A program made the translations under genes and the position numbers. From contig NC_134026.1 of NCBI RefSeq assembly GCF_964204645.1, positions 124,001 through 188,000 of the forward strand: a stretch of DNA of 64,000 nt, read 5' to 3'. Source of the DNA: Tubulanus polymorphus. Its lineage: Eukaryota > Animalia > Nemertea. Below are positions 1 to 12,257 of this stretch, in pieces. Position 1 is the stretch's first letter, and each line of letters begins with the position of its first letter. The notes below the pieces were generated by a model. It worked only from the letters and a program-made list of their open reading frames with translations, was not told the origin of the DNA and made no database searches.

Positions 1-278
1 CCCTGCTCCATCCCCCACTCTCCACTCACTCCCCTGCTCCATTCCCCACTCTCCACTCACTCCCCTGCTCCATCCCCCACTCTCCACTCACTCCTCTGCT
101 CCATCCCCCACTCTCCATTCACTCCCCTGCTCCATTCCCCACTCTCCACTCACTCCCCTGCTCCATCCCCCACTCTCCACTCACTCCTCTGCTCCATCCC
201 CCACTCTCCATTCACTCCCCTGCTCCATCCCCCACTCTCCACTCACTCCCCTTCTCCATTCCCCACTCCCCACTCTCC
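1..278. repeat. C-rich minisatellite, 31-bp unit (CCCCTGCTCCATCCCCCACTCTCCACTCACT), about 9 copies, truncated at window start
   Basis: Tandem periodicity is directly visible, with few substitutions. Confidence 0.95.
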
Positions 279-789
279 TCATTATCTGTCTCTAAAATCA
301 ACGGGCAAAACTGCGTCAACATGTCGTACATTACGGACAACTGTGGCAATACGGGATATCGACAAATTAAAGTTCTTGAATTACTCGTTTGATGGCGCTA
401 GTCAGAACCGGAAATTGGACACTAAATCCGCCATGCTCTAGTTCATTTGCAATGAAATCTCTCGCTTCAAGTTTTCAATGAGCGATATTTTACTTACTAT
501 ATATCGTCACCCATAATCCTTTAAATATGTAATCCTACCGCTACGTTGGATATGATAAAACCTCACTGCAAAGGCTAGAAATCACTATAAATGTCCTAAC
601 ATTATCAAAAAACATTTTGCAACTCCTGACGATGTGAAGACTGGTTGCCAGGTATCACATGGTGGCAGCACTTGACGGGCCAATTTTGATTGTTGGTTCG
701 AGTCCTGGTACTTTTCATATTTTCATTATGAATCTACGAGTTTAGTCCTTCTAAAATCAATTTTAGTTCATAATATTATTTCATATTTA

Positions 790-994
790 ACTGTGGCAAT
801 AGAGGGTTCCACTTGTGGCAAGTGAGGATCCACCAAGTTCGCTAGTGTGCAGTGGGACATGAACTACTGCAGCAATAGAAGGTTCCACTTGTGGTAAGTG
901 AGGATCCACCAGGTGTCGCTAGTGTGCAGTAGGACATCAACTACTGCAGCAATAGAGGGTTCCACTTGTGGCAAGTGAGGATCCGCCAGGTGTT
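790..994 (+). repeat. About 2.7 tandem copies of a 76-77-bp dispersed repeat unit (..GGTTCCACTTGTGGCAAGTGAGGATCCACCAGGTGTCGCTAGTG..)
   Basis: Units start at 790, 866 and 943. Related single copies lie at 3283-3338 (+), 11481-11546 (-) and 48670-48727 (+). Confidence 0.9.
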
Positions 995-3282
995 GGAACA
1001 TGTGCATTCGAACAACGGCTCCAGGATTTCATATCGGATTCAATACAAATCTATCCACAATTTCTCGAATTCTAGCGGGATAGAGGATCTGCTCGCGATC
1101 TTTCATACATTCTCATCCAAAGCCCAAACGAGACGTAATTTTTGTCGCGAAGAAAACATTTTCGGACGAACAAATTTGACGTTTGAAAACATGTACGGAG
1201 ACCATGACAACATTGAAAAATCGAAAACAGACCTAGTTGAAATGTCAAAGCTGATTTACTCGGGTTTTTCCTTTTTATGTCAAACAGAAAAATTATCGGA
1301 CGTGTTTATTTTCGCTGCTACGGGCCACTAAATCTGTCAATAACTGTTCTTGTTCACGAGAATTAAACGGGTAATTTGCCACCCGAGAATACACCGATTC
1401 GTAATGGCTGAAATACACGAATTATAACCCTAGGCTCGGTCTGTATTAACCTTAGGTTGTATTTTAAATTCTTTGATGAATGTAATATATTTTAACAGTA
1501 ATACGAAATACTATATCGACGCAATCGCGTGGGGAATTAAATACCCTATCATCAGCATTCACATATCATGTACGCCTCTAGCAGATGATGTCAAATTGTA
1601 CTGCGCCACGTCAGGACTCCTCAAGGGGATACATTCGATTATTATCAAGCCTTACCTTAGAAGGGCGGAGGTCTACAATCAAGGAATTATAGGCGATAAA
1701 TACTGAACTGTAAGCGAGCGCCATTGATTTTGTTTGTTCGCTTTGGAAGTTTATAAATAATTTAAAACTATTAACGATTTTAGAGTTATTCGCTTTGAGC
1801 CATCTCTGAACTTTATTCAGCTATAACAATACCGCAGAAGAATAATCTTTATATCCGTTTCGTTTTTTTTGACTAATCAAGTACGTAGCGCTTGAGCAGC
1901 GGTTCGATATATTCGCCGGGAACAGTGCGATCTTATCGAGCAGTTTAAAAACCGATAGTTCTCACGGAAATGGACGAAGCGAACAGGTCCACCGCCGCGT
2001 GAAACCAGTAGAACTTCTTTCCAAGGGGCCTGAACGTCCATTATGATCGTAAAGCCACCAAGGCTCTGTTCACGCTCCTATTTTCGATTTCCTATCGTGT
2101 ATTTTTCGCGACCTGAATTTAATTCGTGATAAAATGAATCGTACTATTACAATCTAAAAGTAATCTATGAAATATAAACCCGCCAAAGATTTAGAAGAAT
2201 TTACATCACTACAAATCGCTTATAGTGAAATATATTATCACACCAAATACATTTTTGAGTTTATCAAAACTGTAGGATCTATTTTTATATTTAGTAATTT
2301 AATTAAATCAAGTATTTGTATTCTTAAGATATTGCAAATTTTCTCGCCAGAATTGCGTCCCAATTTCTGTGAAAACAATTTTGAGTAGACAAATTTATTT
2401 GTTTCTTTTTTAGAATAAGGCGATGATGTCAGATGTGCGGGAATCGATGCCGCTGACAGCTATCGATGTAGCACCGCATAGCGCTCACAGCAATTTACTC
2501 ATCATAAACATAATATAGATAATCTATCAGATTTTATTAATACACCACAGGGCGAAAGTTTAATAAAGTATATATTCATATATAGCCTATTGACGACTAA
2601 AGCAAGATGTTATATAAAACCCTAAATTGATCAGCTATCAGCGACGGAACGACGTGTTAATGATACCAAATTATTTCAAAATCGCGTATCTTTTTACCGC
2701 CGCTAAAAAACGCGATGATGTAAAATATGAAACTAATTCAATGCAGAAACAGAAAGAGGAGTGTTTCGTGTTTTGTGTTTTTTGTATTATATTGGATGAT
2801 GATAATTACGGATGAACCGGTTTTCAGATTTGCGTAATTTTTCATTTCGCTTGATGTTTCGGGAAAATGCCGCGGCTTAATGTAAATCTAAATTAATGAA
2901 AGGCAAAACCATTTATATTTGCGTTCATCAAAGCGCGCGCATAAAAACGGCTAACTTTCAGCTAGAGATGAAAACCTGAACAGCGTTTTAAAAACTGCCT
3001 TTGAACATCGTTCTGTACATTCTGCGATGGAATGGACGGGTTTAGAGGCATATTTGAGAAATTGATTTAAAGTATCAAATAACGATATCGAATCGTGCGG
3101 CTCCGGGATTTATGACGCGCCGGGAACCAAAGCGGTAAAGGTCGCAATTCCCGCTTTAAGTTTTAACGAGATAATCATTTCAAAAATTTATGCATTTGTC
3201 TTCATTATTCATCAGAAAATTATCAATTTACATCAAGGTATTTTTGTTCCAGCAACTTATGATGGAGAAACTCCCCAACGCT

Positions 3283-3338
3283 CTGCGGCAATCGAGGATT
3301 CCACTTGTGGCAAGCGAGGATCCACCAGGTGTTGCTAG
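3283..3338 (+). repeat. Dispersed copy of the 77-bp hairpin/CTCF-like repeat
   Basis: CTGCGGCAATCGAGGATTCCACTTGTGGCAAGCGAGGATCCACCAGGTGTTGCTAG aligns to the unit at 790-994. Confidence 0.85.
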
Positions 3339-3505
3339 AAGAGTTCTCTTAAATAAATCAGATATCGATAACACTATACCAATCACTGAGTAGTAGGTGG
3401 ATTCAGTGCATGGATTCAGGAGCCTAGAAATTCAGATCAAAGTCGATTGATATCGAACCAGTTTTGACAACATAAAGCGCCACCTAGCGGGATAGCTGAC
3501 CATAC

Positions 3506-3653
3506 CTGTTATAGATGATGTACGCGGTATGGAGTTTTCTGTAACATACTCCCTTTTTACCGAGTTCAGTGCGCGTTATATTAAATGTACCCAAGCCTTG
3601 TTGATACCAGGTTCCCTTGTATTCGTCGGGGAAATGACAGTTTTGCACGCAAT
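3506..3653 (-). CDS. Coding exon 2 of an uncharacterised secreted/membrane Cys-rich protein (resembles the N-terminal domain of the DUF7042-7045 / Drosophila CG32432-like family)
   Basis: Acceptor CTTTCAG and donor AG|GTATG. Encodes (D)CVQNCHFPDEYKGTWYQQGLGTFNITRTELGKKGVCYRKLHTAYIIYN(R). The CxFPxxxxGxWxQxG...KGxC pattern is recalled from this family. Phase 1 matches the exon at 15794-15866. No further exon was found in 1-3500. Confidence 0.8.
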
Positions 3654-3817
3654 CTGAAAGATATAATAACATTCGAATATTAAGACTTTGAGAAAAGACC
3701 TCGATGAAAACATGTAACTATGAGGTATGATAAAAAGGCTCCCGTCGCCAATAAGGTTTTACAGTTGTTGATTCTGATCAACAATTTATAGACACCAGAT
3801 ATTGATAGCGATCCTCT

Positions 3818-3944
3818 GTCTCCTACTCAGTCTACGTCCTACCCCTTCCCCTGGTCAGTCTCCTACTCAGTCTACGTCCTACCCCTTCCCCTGGTCAGTC
3901 TCCTACTCAGTCTACGTCCTACCCCTTCCCCTGGTCAGTCTCCT
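3818..3944. repeat. Minisatellite, 40-bp unit x3
   Basis: TCCTACTCAGTCTACGTCCTACCCCTTCCCCTGGTCAGTC repeats exactly at 3821, 3861 and 3901. Confidence 0.95.
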
Positions 3945-4130
3945 TCACTCATTTTAGACTCCCTTCCTTTCTCTTTGTCCTATCTCTATCTCTCTCTCTC
4001 TCTGTCTTGCACTTTTTTGTTATTGCAATTTAAGAACTACCCTTGTGTAGATTCCTGTCAAAATTCCATGGAAAATCCAGGAACCGAAGAATGGTAGAAT
4101 ATTTTGAGAATATAAAGCATTAGTAACCAG

Positions 4131-4292
4131 TGACACCACACCTGATCACTGGTCACCACACCTGATCACTGGTCACCACACCCGATCACTGGTCACCACA
4201 TCTGATCACACTGATCACCGGTCACCACACCCGATCACTGGTCACCACATCTGATCACACTGATCACCACACCTGGTCACTGGTCACCACAT
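4131..4292. repeat. Minisatellite, ~20-bp unit GGTCACCACACCTGATCACT
   Basis: Visible tandem copies with small indels. Confidence 0.9.
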
Positions 4293-5877
4293 CCCATTTC
4301 TCCTTTATTTGTTCCCCTTCTATCTTGTTCTCTTTTCTCCCTCCCTCTCTCGTCAGCCTCTCTCTATATCTGGCTGTAGCTGTGCGCGGGTCCTGTGCAA
4401 CTTCTATCCGGTGACAATCAATTATCAGCGGATTCTCCGGCGTGTGTTATACTGGTAGTGTCGTTTATCTGGCTTTCACGTGTCGCTCGCTGCACATATC
4501 TGCTTAATATTCGTAGAGGTTAATTCGTGTTGAATCATCAATCATTTGGGAGGAGAAAAAGCTTTTCATAGACATGTTTCATTCCTACTCCCGGTAACGG
4601 ATTAAAATCACAAACTCGGATTTAAACTCGCTACTTTGACCGTACGAGAAACAATCGTGAATTTTGTTTGATGTATGTGATTTTAAGCCGCTTCCCGTTC
4701 GAATTAGCGATAGTTCTTTTTGTCGCTGAATCAAATTGCGGAATCGGTATAAGCAAAACGAGTTCTAAATGTCGCATTGTCTCCTCGAGGTAAGTGGCTC
4801 AGTTGTGTCTGCGGATAAACTATGACATAATCCACGAGTAATGGCAATTCCAAAAAAGAGAAAAATTTCTTTTTTAAACTTTGAAATTGTCTTCTTTTTG
4901 CGACAGTGCCACGACGCCACTGCGACGTGTGAGGCCCTGGTCTGAACCAGCACCACCTGCGGAAAGAATCGAAATTCTTCGAATCCTCTCAGGAATGACG
5001 AGGTTTTTTGCCCGCTATTTACGTTTTTATTTGTGCCGAGTTATTATTGTGTAAGTTTTCAGTGATTGCTGAGTTATTGTGCGAAGAACTGCCTAATAAG
5101 CCATGATTGGCCATCTCAACACTATCAACTAATGCGCGCAGCACGTCAGTTCAAATATGAAAAATACACTAAGACATGCTTCCCGGGGAAGAGAATTCTA
5201 TCAGACGGAAATGACTTGAAATTTGATATTTGCAATTTTCCAATAGATGCGTCAATGTAGTGATGGGTGACTTATTATTGGCCTTAAGGAAATGCGTTGA
5301 CAATATTGAATGCGTTCGGTATTGATTATGGCTTAAACCCGATATTTTCCATCTTATGCCGCCATTATTTTGTTTTCTGAAAAACTCCTGCCGTCTTGAA
5401 ATTATCGAACGTATACACAGTTTAAAAAGACCGTATTCGGAAAAATGTGATAACCTTGCGACATTATTAGACAGTTAATTTCCACTGGGGGTCACACAAT
5501 GTCACTACTGTATACCTCGAGGGTTCGAATGAGCATCTTCTTTTGATGAAGTTTCTTTTCACTGTTTACGGCGGTGCTGGGTATGCTGTAGCCGGTTCTG
5601 ATTGCCCGCTATTTTTCTTCGACCAAACACACGTTTATTAATACGGTGGTCGTGCCACGTTCGATTAGGAGACGATCGAGACAGGATGCTCGCTAATACA
5701 TCACGACCAGGCAATTATATTCACGGGGGATTATACAGAGGTCTTCTATTATCGGGTCCGTGGTCAAAGCCAAGGTCTCAAGGACTATAGCCGTTAAGCC
5801 GTTCTAGAGAAGGCTACATCAGAGCGTTCTAGAGAAGGCTACATCAGAGCGAGCTTAGGACTAGGATTGCCAAGTTA

Positions 5878-6244
<367 letters not shown>

Positions 6245-8780
6245 CACAAGCATAAGCTTCATTCTATCGCCATCTTGTTGTAGAGAGAACATGATTGTAC
6301 GTATGCGCACGACGGTAAGCGATTAACGCGAAAGCAGCGTTCTTGGTTCCGAAGCCAATTAAGATGACTGTTTCTTCACCAAAGCTTGTTTCTGTTGGTA
6401 ACTATGTCGACTGATCGTCGCCGTCGTCGCTGCCGACAAGCCGACAAAACATCTTCCACGAACCGAGATAATGCCGCGCATAAAAATACACGCATCCAAT
6501 CTTCAGAGCACTGAATCCCGGAGCCATCGCTATAGAAAAAAACGATTGGTCTCGCGCAGAAACACGTCGAGACTTTCAGATTAAAGATTTTTAAACAACT
6601 GTCGTCAGTATAGTGCAGAGCTGAGACTAAAGCGCGCTATTCAATTATTCCCGCATTCAACATTCAAATGATTTTATCTGTTGCGATTTCATTTTCTCGT
6701 CTCTTAATGATTTTCCGTAAATGGTTTTACAATGAGTATAGCATCAGTTTCGCGCCGTTCCGCGCTGAATCTATACGATGCCAGATTTGCATGGCGGAAC
6801 GACGGTCCTGTGTACATCGAGTAATTTATGGGTCTCCGGAGACCGAAACCATAATTCGACCGTCGCTGTAAATCCCATTCTATCCATGGTCAGTTTCATT
6901 GGTAAGTAGATTGTAAATAGTTCCCTGATGACGCTTCGTCACAGTTTTAGACGCTCACAGCGGACAAGATGTCAATCATTGCGACCAGGAAATTCCTCTA
7001 TTTGGCATAGATTATTTGATAATCATCGTCTCGGGTACATCGACACACATTGACCAATTGAGCTAGAGGCAATTTCGAGTGAACAACGGCCATAAATCAA
7101 CTTCTACTTAACGTGGAGTCATTGAAGGTAGTAAGTGGCCGTATAGTTAAAGGAGCTTAACCATCAAATGGATTGCGATGCGTGTTGCGCAGTGAGAAGA
7201 GCTGAGGATGATTTTGCAACTGGTATATTTCTGTTTGACACAAGTGGACTGTTTGTCTCGAGTACCGCTCTACCGATAACTGTTCTGTTTATTTCTCGTA
7301 AAACTCTCAGCACCTTCCTATCCCCCACACGCACTAGAACAGTATAGATAACGACTCGTACTATATTTACACGGATGATTTTCGATTCTTTCTCGTCGGT
7401 GAAGTGCTAAAATGAATAGAAGATACCCGCGTGGAACTGAGATGCGAAATTAGTTTCCGTGCGATAGAAGGTATTTACGGGGGGCTCGATTGTGTAATTG
7501 TTATTGCCATATTGCTCATATTGCTCGTCTCTGAATGAAACATAAAATCAAGCCGCATTGAGCTGTAATGATGGCAGTATTCCCACAATACCACTAGACA
7601 TCAGCAGTCTGTGACTCGAACGGCACAATGTATAATATATCCCGCAGGTGGTTTCGTTGAGTAACTGTAAAGCGAATGACTCAATTTTACGCGAGCGCAG
7701 ATAATGGAAAAAACAATTCAAAGAGCGACCAAAAGAGAATTGTCATTCGCAATTAACTAGCAGACGCATTTTAGAAATCATTTTCGCACGACGGCACAGG
7801 GCACGACGACAAGGTACAAAAACTCATTTGAGAAATGACGACGAAGACGACGACGACGGCAGACATGTGAGTTTTCACTTTGAAGATTCTAGCGCGCAGA
7901 GCTCACGGCGGGTCATTTATTGCCGTCAAAGAGATCGCCGTATTGGGGATTTACCACTAGATTTCACATCCCAGGATATTTTACCACAAGGCGTATGATA
8001 TATTACATAAGAACCGATACTATTTGCAAGTCGAATGAACCTCTCTTTTCTTTCTCTCCGCCGGCAAAACATTAAATTCGGAGAACGACAAAAAATATAT
8101 CATTCTCCATACGTGATATTTATTTCCTCTCTATTTAAAAGCCTCAGGTTTTTACCGATATAAAGATATCAAACAACGTCGACGAAAATCTTGATCCACA
8201 GTCTGATATATCACGGGCAGTTCCCATAGTCGAGAGATAGTCTTTGAACGTCATCATCTTGAATATTAAGACTTGTTTTGCATTGTCGGATTGGCATTAG
8301 AACTAAGATGTTCCTAGAACGGTCTTAAGCCTCTTAGCTATGACTGCGAAGCCGCCCCTCTGTATTTTCGTTTGGAAGAATATAGGGTTCTCCGAATCAA
8401 GCGACTTTATCGTGAATTCCACCTTATCGCATACCATTCCGCGTGTCTTATATATACTGAAATAGCAGGACTTCAGCTTATCCTCAACGGCCGAGTCTGA
8501 AATTCATAGCATGCATTTTCTTGCTAGTTACAGCCGAGTAAAGCACCGCTTTGGTGGTTTTTACGAGATGACATAGGTGAATGCATACCTCGGCTTCAGC
8601 TGATTGCTTTTCTCTCTCTTTCTTATCCTTCTCAATCTACGAATACAAACTCATATCACGTACTTCAAATCAAATAAACACAGTTGCACTAGTTCTATGT
8701 GCAGCAGCCTTCAGATAACTGAATTATTAAGATTTCTCTTACAATTAGCGAAGACAGAACGTGGAATAGATTGTCGTGTA

Positions 8781-8852
8781 CTCTCTCCCCCTCTCTCTCT
8801 CTCCCCCCTCTCTCTCTCTCCACCCCCTCTCTCTCTCTCTCCCTCTCTCTCT
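8781..8852. repeat. Imperfect (CT)n/C-rich tract
   Basis: Directly visible. Confidence 0.9.
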
Positions 8853-9572
8853 CGCAACCCGTCCCATTTATAAATAATACAGCGCATGACTTACATGCAT
8901 TACGGTGCCGAACTCGTTACTCTACGGCTAAACAGGGCATAAATAAGAAATGATCATGACTCGGCATTTTTAAACAGTTTCTATCCAACAGCAGCAGCAG
9001 CAGCCGATGAGACGACTGTAAATAACTCAATAACCAGTCAACGTGCTTCACGTTTCTCTATTTGCAAACTCGAGAGTGATGCGCGTGAATTTCGGAGTTA
9101 ATGAGGGGACACGTCATAGAACTGTGGCGTCTAGGGAAATACAGGATGCTCCCCAAATTGCCTTCTTGCCTTCGACGATATTTGATAGGGGAATATTTGA
9201 CATGATGTTGAATTTTCTTCGAATGGCGGCCAGTGTCTGAGTAAATACTTTATTTCAGACAAAACGCAAATGGACATTGCTTTGCATTAAACACGAGATG
9301 TGCCTTCGCTTTTCTTACCATCAATCTTCATTTATGACTCATATCATCATCAATATTTAAAATACTCGCCTATTCTGAAATTCGTTTGTAAATTTTGTAG
9401 AATTCAAGGTATCAATAATATAAGATATATTAGAAATCTGAGCCGTTTGATTTACAGAAGGTCGGTACAAACACATACATACGATACGGTCAATGTTAAT
9501 GAAATAATGTAGCCTGGAGTCATGTGTTCAATCTATCGAACCATTTCTTTTTACGGATAAGAATCGAGACGC

Positions 9573-9618
9573 GGCTGCTGATGCTGCTGATGCTGATGCT
9601 GCTGCTGCTGCTGCTGCT
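9573..9618. repeat. (GCT)n trinucleotide microsatellite with GAT interruptions
   Basis: Directly visible. Confidence 0.9.
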
Positions 9619-11480
9619 ATACACGGAGAAAACGATCGGTTTCGTCGTGCGGTCCTGTCAGCGCAGTCTCATAATTATTGACACCTTTCACGACGACGAC
9701 GATAGGGAGGAGGAGGGAGAGGAGGGAGAACGGACGATGAAAACCTCGCATGTATCTCTCTCTCTCTCACACGGCGAGAGACGTTCATAAACAAGAAGAA
9801 GTGTAAGTGTATGTGCGTGTGCGCCGACACAAATTGATTCAGATAAGGAACCCAAGGGAAATGATGCCAAGATGCGTTACTGTGATGCAGTAGAATACGA
9901 ATATCTTTAACGGTATATCTTCGCAAAAGAGGAGGGAAGGGAAGAGACTGTGTCTCCTGTAGATAGCATATTTATCATCACACCAGGGGCTCAGTGGATC
10001 CAGGTAAAAACTGCGTGTGTATATGACTATGTATCGCGTGTCTCCTCAACGCTACCACTAATCAACACTAGCCTATCTCTATCTCTGCTTTAATTAATGA
10101 CACTACTATCGAAATTGATTCGCAAGAGAAAATATATAGATTGTCAGTGTCATTATCTTATCACTGATAGTTCGGGACATTTGTGAGCAGGTCGCCAGTA
10201 CGATACATTGTCAGGTAATAAGCATCTAAAGTGTTCCTAATTCGTCTGGAAACAACCCTGTAAAAGAAATCGTTCACCGGTACTGAGTGGGATAAAGGTC
10301 TGATAAAAGGTATAGAAACGGCTCGAATAAAGGACATTGCGCAGTCACAGTACGCGCTCTGTAACGATCATCCCTGGGTAGGGATTCGGACGTGTCCGCG
10401 AATGCCTGCCCGAATACTCACAGTGCGCATTATAGTTGCGCATCTCAGCCGCCTCAAGTTGTCGGCGCCAATCAGATTGACCGTTGTGTAATCGTTAGGA
10501 CGGGTTCATAGTCCGGGCTAAGGTGAAACGTGATTTATGATTGGCTGAAATTGATATTACGGCAATGTTGCGCGTTTATGGGGCAATTCAGGCAGGGTTA
10601 AGTGACGATACAGTCTCTCGGTGCCATCGGGTTCGAATCCCTGCTGCGAGAGGACGCTTTAACATTCCTCGTAGTGTATCGGCCCTTATGGTCAATTCCC
10701 GGTGCCAGCAATGAGGGAAAACATGTTTAGATGGGCGGAATCATCTGATGATCTCTTGAAATTCAAACAACCAATTTGGTCATTGTATCTATTCGGAACT
10801 CTATCTAGACCGCGAGCTCTTATTACTGGGTGGGGTATATTACGCGAAGGACAGGTGAAGGTCGTTGATGTTACAGTGTTTGAGATTAATTCCTGCAATG
10901 CGCGCTGTGTTTGACAATAGCGGTATTATGTCATTGACAGAAAAGCTGGAACAGTCACTAGACTGAGTCGGAGCAATTTATCCTACTGACAGCACCGTGT
11001 GGTATGCAAACCAGTGACTAGTTTTACTACAGCCAATTAGTACAATTACACTATTATGCGTTACACTTTAGAAGCGAGGAACGTTTGAGTCAGAACGGCA
11101 GAATGATGGTGGTAAATCGCAATTAGATCCACAACAGAACACGGTTAGAAGCTATTATTAATTGGCATGATTTGCAACAAACTTCGCTCGGAATGAAACC
11201 CGTATTTTACTGGTGTAGCGAACTAAGGGTTAATGAGCAACCCGTCCCACTAACTATCCCCGCGGATAATGGTCGACGTCTAAAGGACAATTCAATCACA
11301 ATTTATTCCATTTTCGATTGAATTTTATCTAGATTTTTAGCCTCCCACGTCAGAAATTAGGCAAATCCTGATTAATTCAGATTGATATTTATGGTTCTGA
11401 CGGTTTTTATCCATCTTTTATAGAGTTTGAGAAATTTAGGATAGATTTTAATCGGCTCTGAGTAGAAAGCATTTATCGTT

Positions 11481-11546
11481 GTCCTAATGCGCACTAGCGA
11501 CACCTGGTGGATCCTCGCTTACCACGGGCGGAATCATCGATTGCCA
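11481..11546 (-). repeat. Inverted dispersed copy of the 77-bp hairpin/CTCF-like repeat
   Basis: The reverse complement reads ..GGTAAGCGAGGATCCACCAGGTGTCGCTAGTGCGCATTAGGAC, matching the unit at 866-942. Confidence 0.85.
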
Positions 11547-12108
11547 AGAGTCGAACACGAGCCCTTATACAGCAGCTGCTGAGAACGAATCGAAGGACGC
11601 GTGCACGGAAAAATAAGAAAATGATTTCAGACGGTCGTCCCTTTGACCTTTCAGTAATCATACCGCGGGCCATAATAGATGACAAAGAAAGAACGTGCGC
11701 ATTAAACATTTTGTTGGAAAAAAACGATGCGCAGTAGAACAGTGCCCGGAGGAGTTTGAACAGACTACTGTAAACTGAAATAAATCCATTTGCATTTAGC
11801 TGATTCATGTCGGTCTCCATGTAACACATGCGCATTCTGAATGATCGCCGGACATCCGGCTTAGATCCATTCTCCTGAAATCTTCAATTAGTCACCTACA
11901 ACACACTTACAATTATATATATACAAGTTGCATATATGCTGGAGTAGACTTCATTTGCGATTGAGAGAATTTTCCATTAATTCGACGACTTTCTCTTAAT
12001 TAGTTAAGGTGCGATTTATTACGTAATTCAAGGTAAGCTGTTAATTGTATTCACCCAGAACCGAGGACTGAAAACAAGCCAAATTTGTAGAAATACAATC
12101 TCGCAATA

Positions 12109-12257
12109 AGAATGAAAAGTCGAGTGCGATATGCTTCCTTGAACTGGTAGTTCATTTCGACTTTATTCTATTCGTGAAGATGACTCATTAGCCGAAACAT
12201 CGAAAAACAATTCTAGTTCAAGGAAACATTTCGGACTCGATATTCTCTTTTCATTCT
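12109..12257. mobile_element. Fold-back/MITE-like remnant with ~40-bp imperfect inverted arms
   Basis: AGAATGAAAAGTCGAGTGCGATATGCTTCCTTGAACTGG (12109-12147) is approximately the reverse complement of CTAGTTCAAGGAAACATTTCGGACTCGA..CTTTTCATTCT (12213-12257). Confidence 0.65.

Noticed and set aside
790-994. Regularly spaced repeats as a CRISPR array
   Set aside because: The inter-repeat sequence is also repeated (no unique spacers), the context is eukaryotic, and there are no cas genes.
966-1331. 121-aa ORF
   Set aside because: It begins at a TTG inside the repeat unit, with no recognisable domain or splice signals.
12174-12200. Hammerhead-like GTGAAGA...GAAAC, and CTGACGA...GAAT on the minus strand near 22385-22420
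   Set aside because: Each has a mismatch in an invariant core base and lacks convincing stems I and III.
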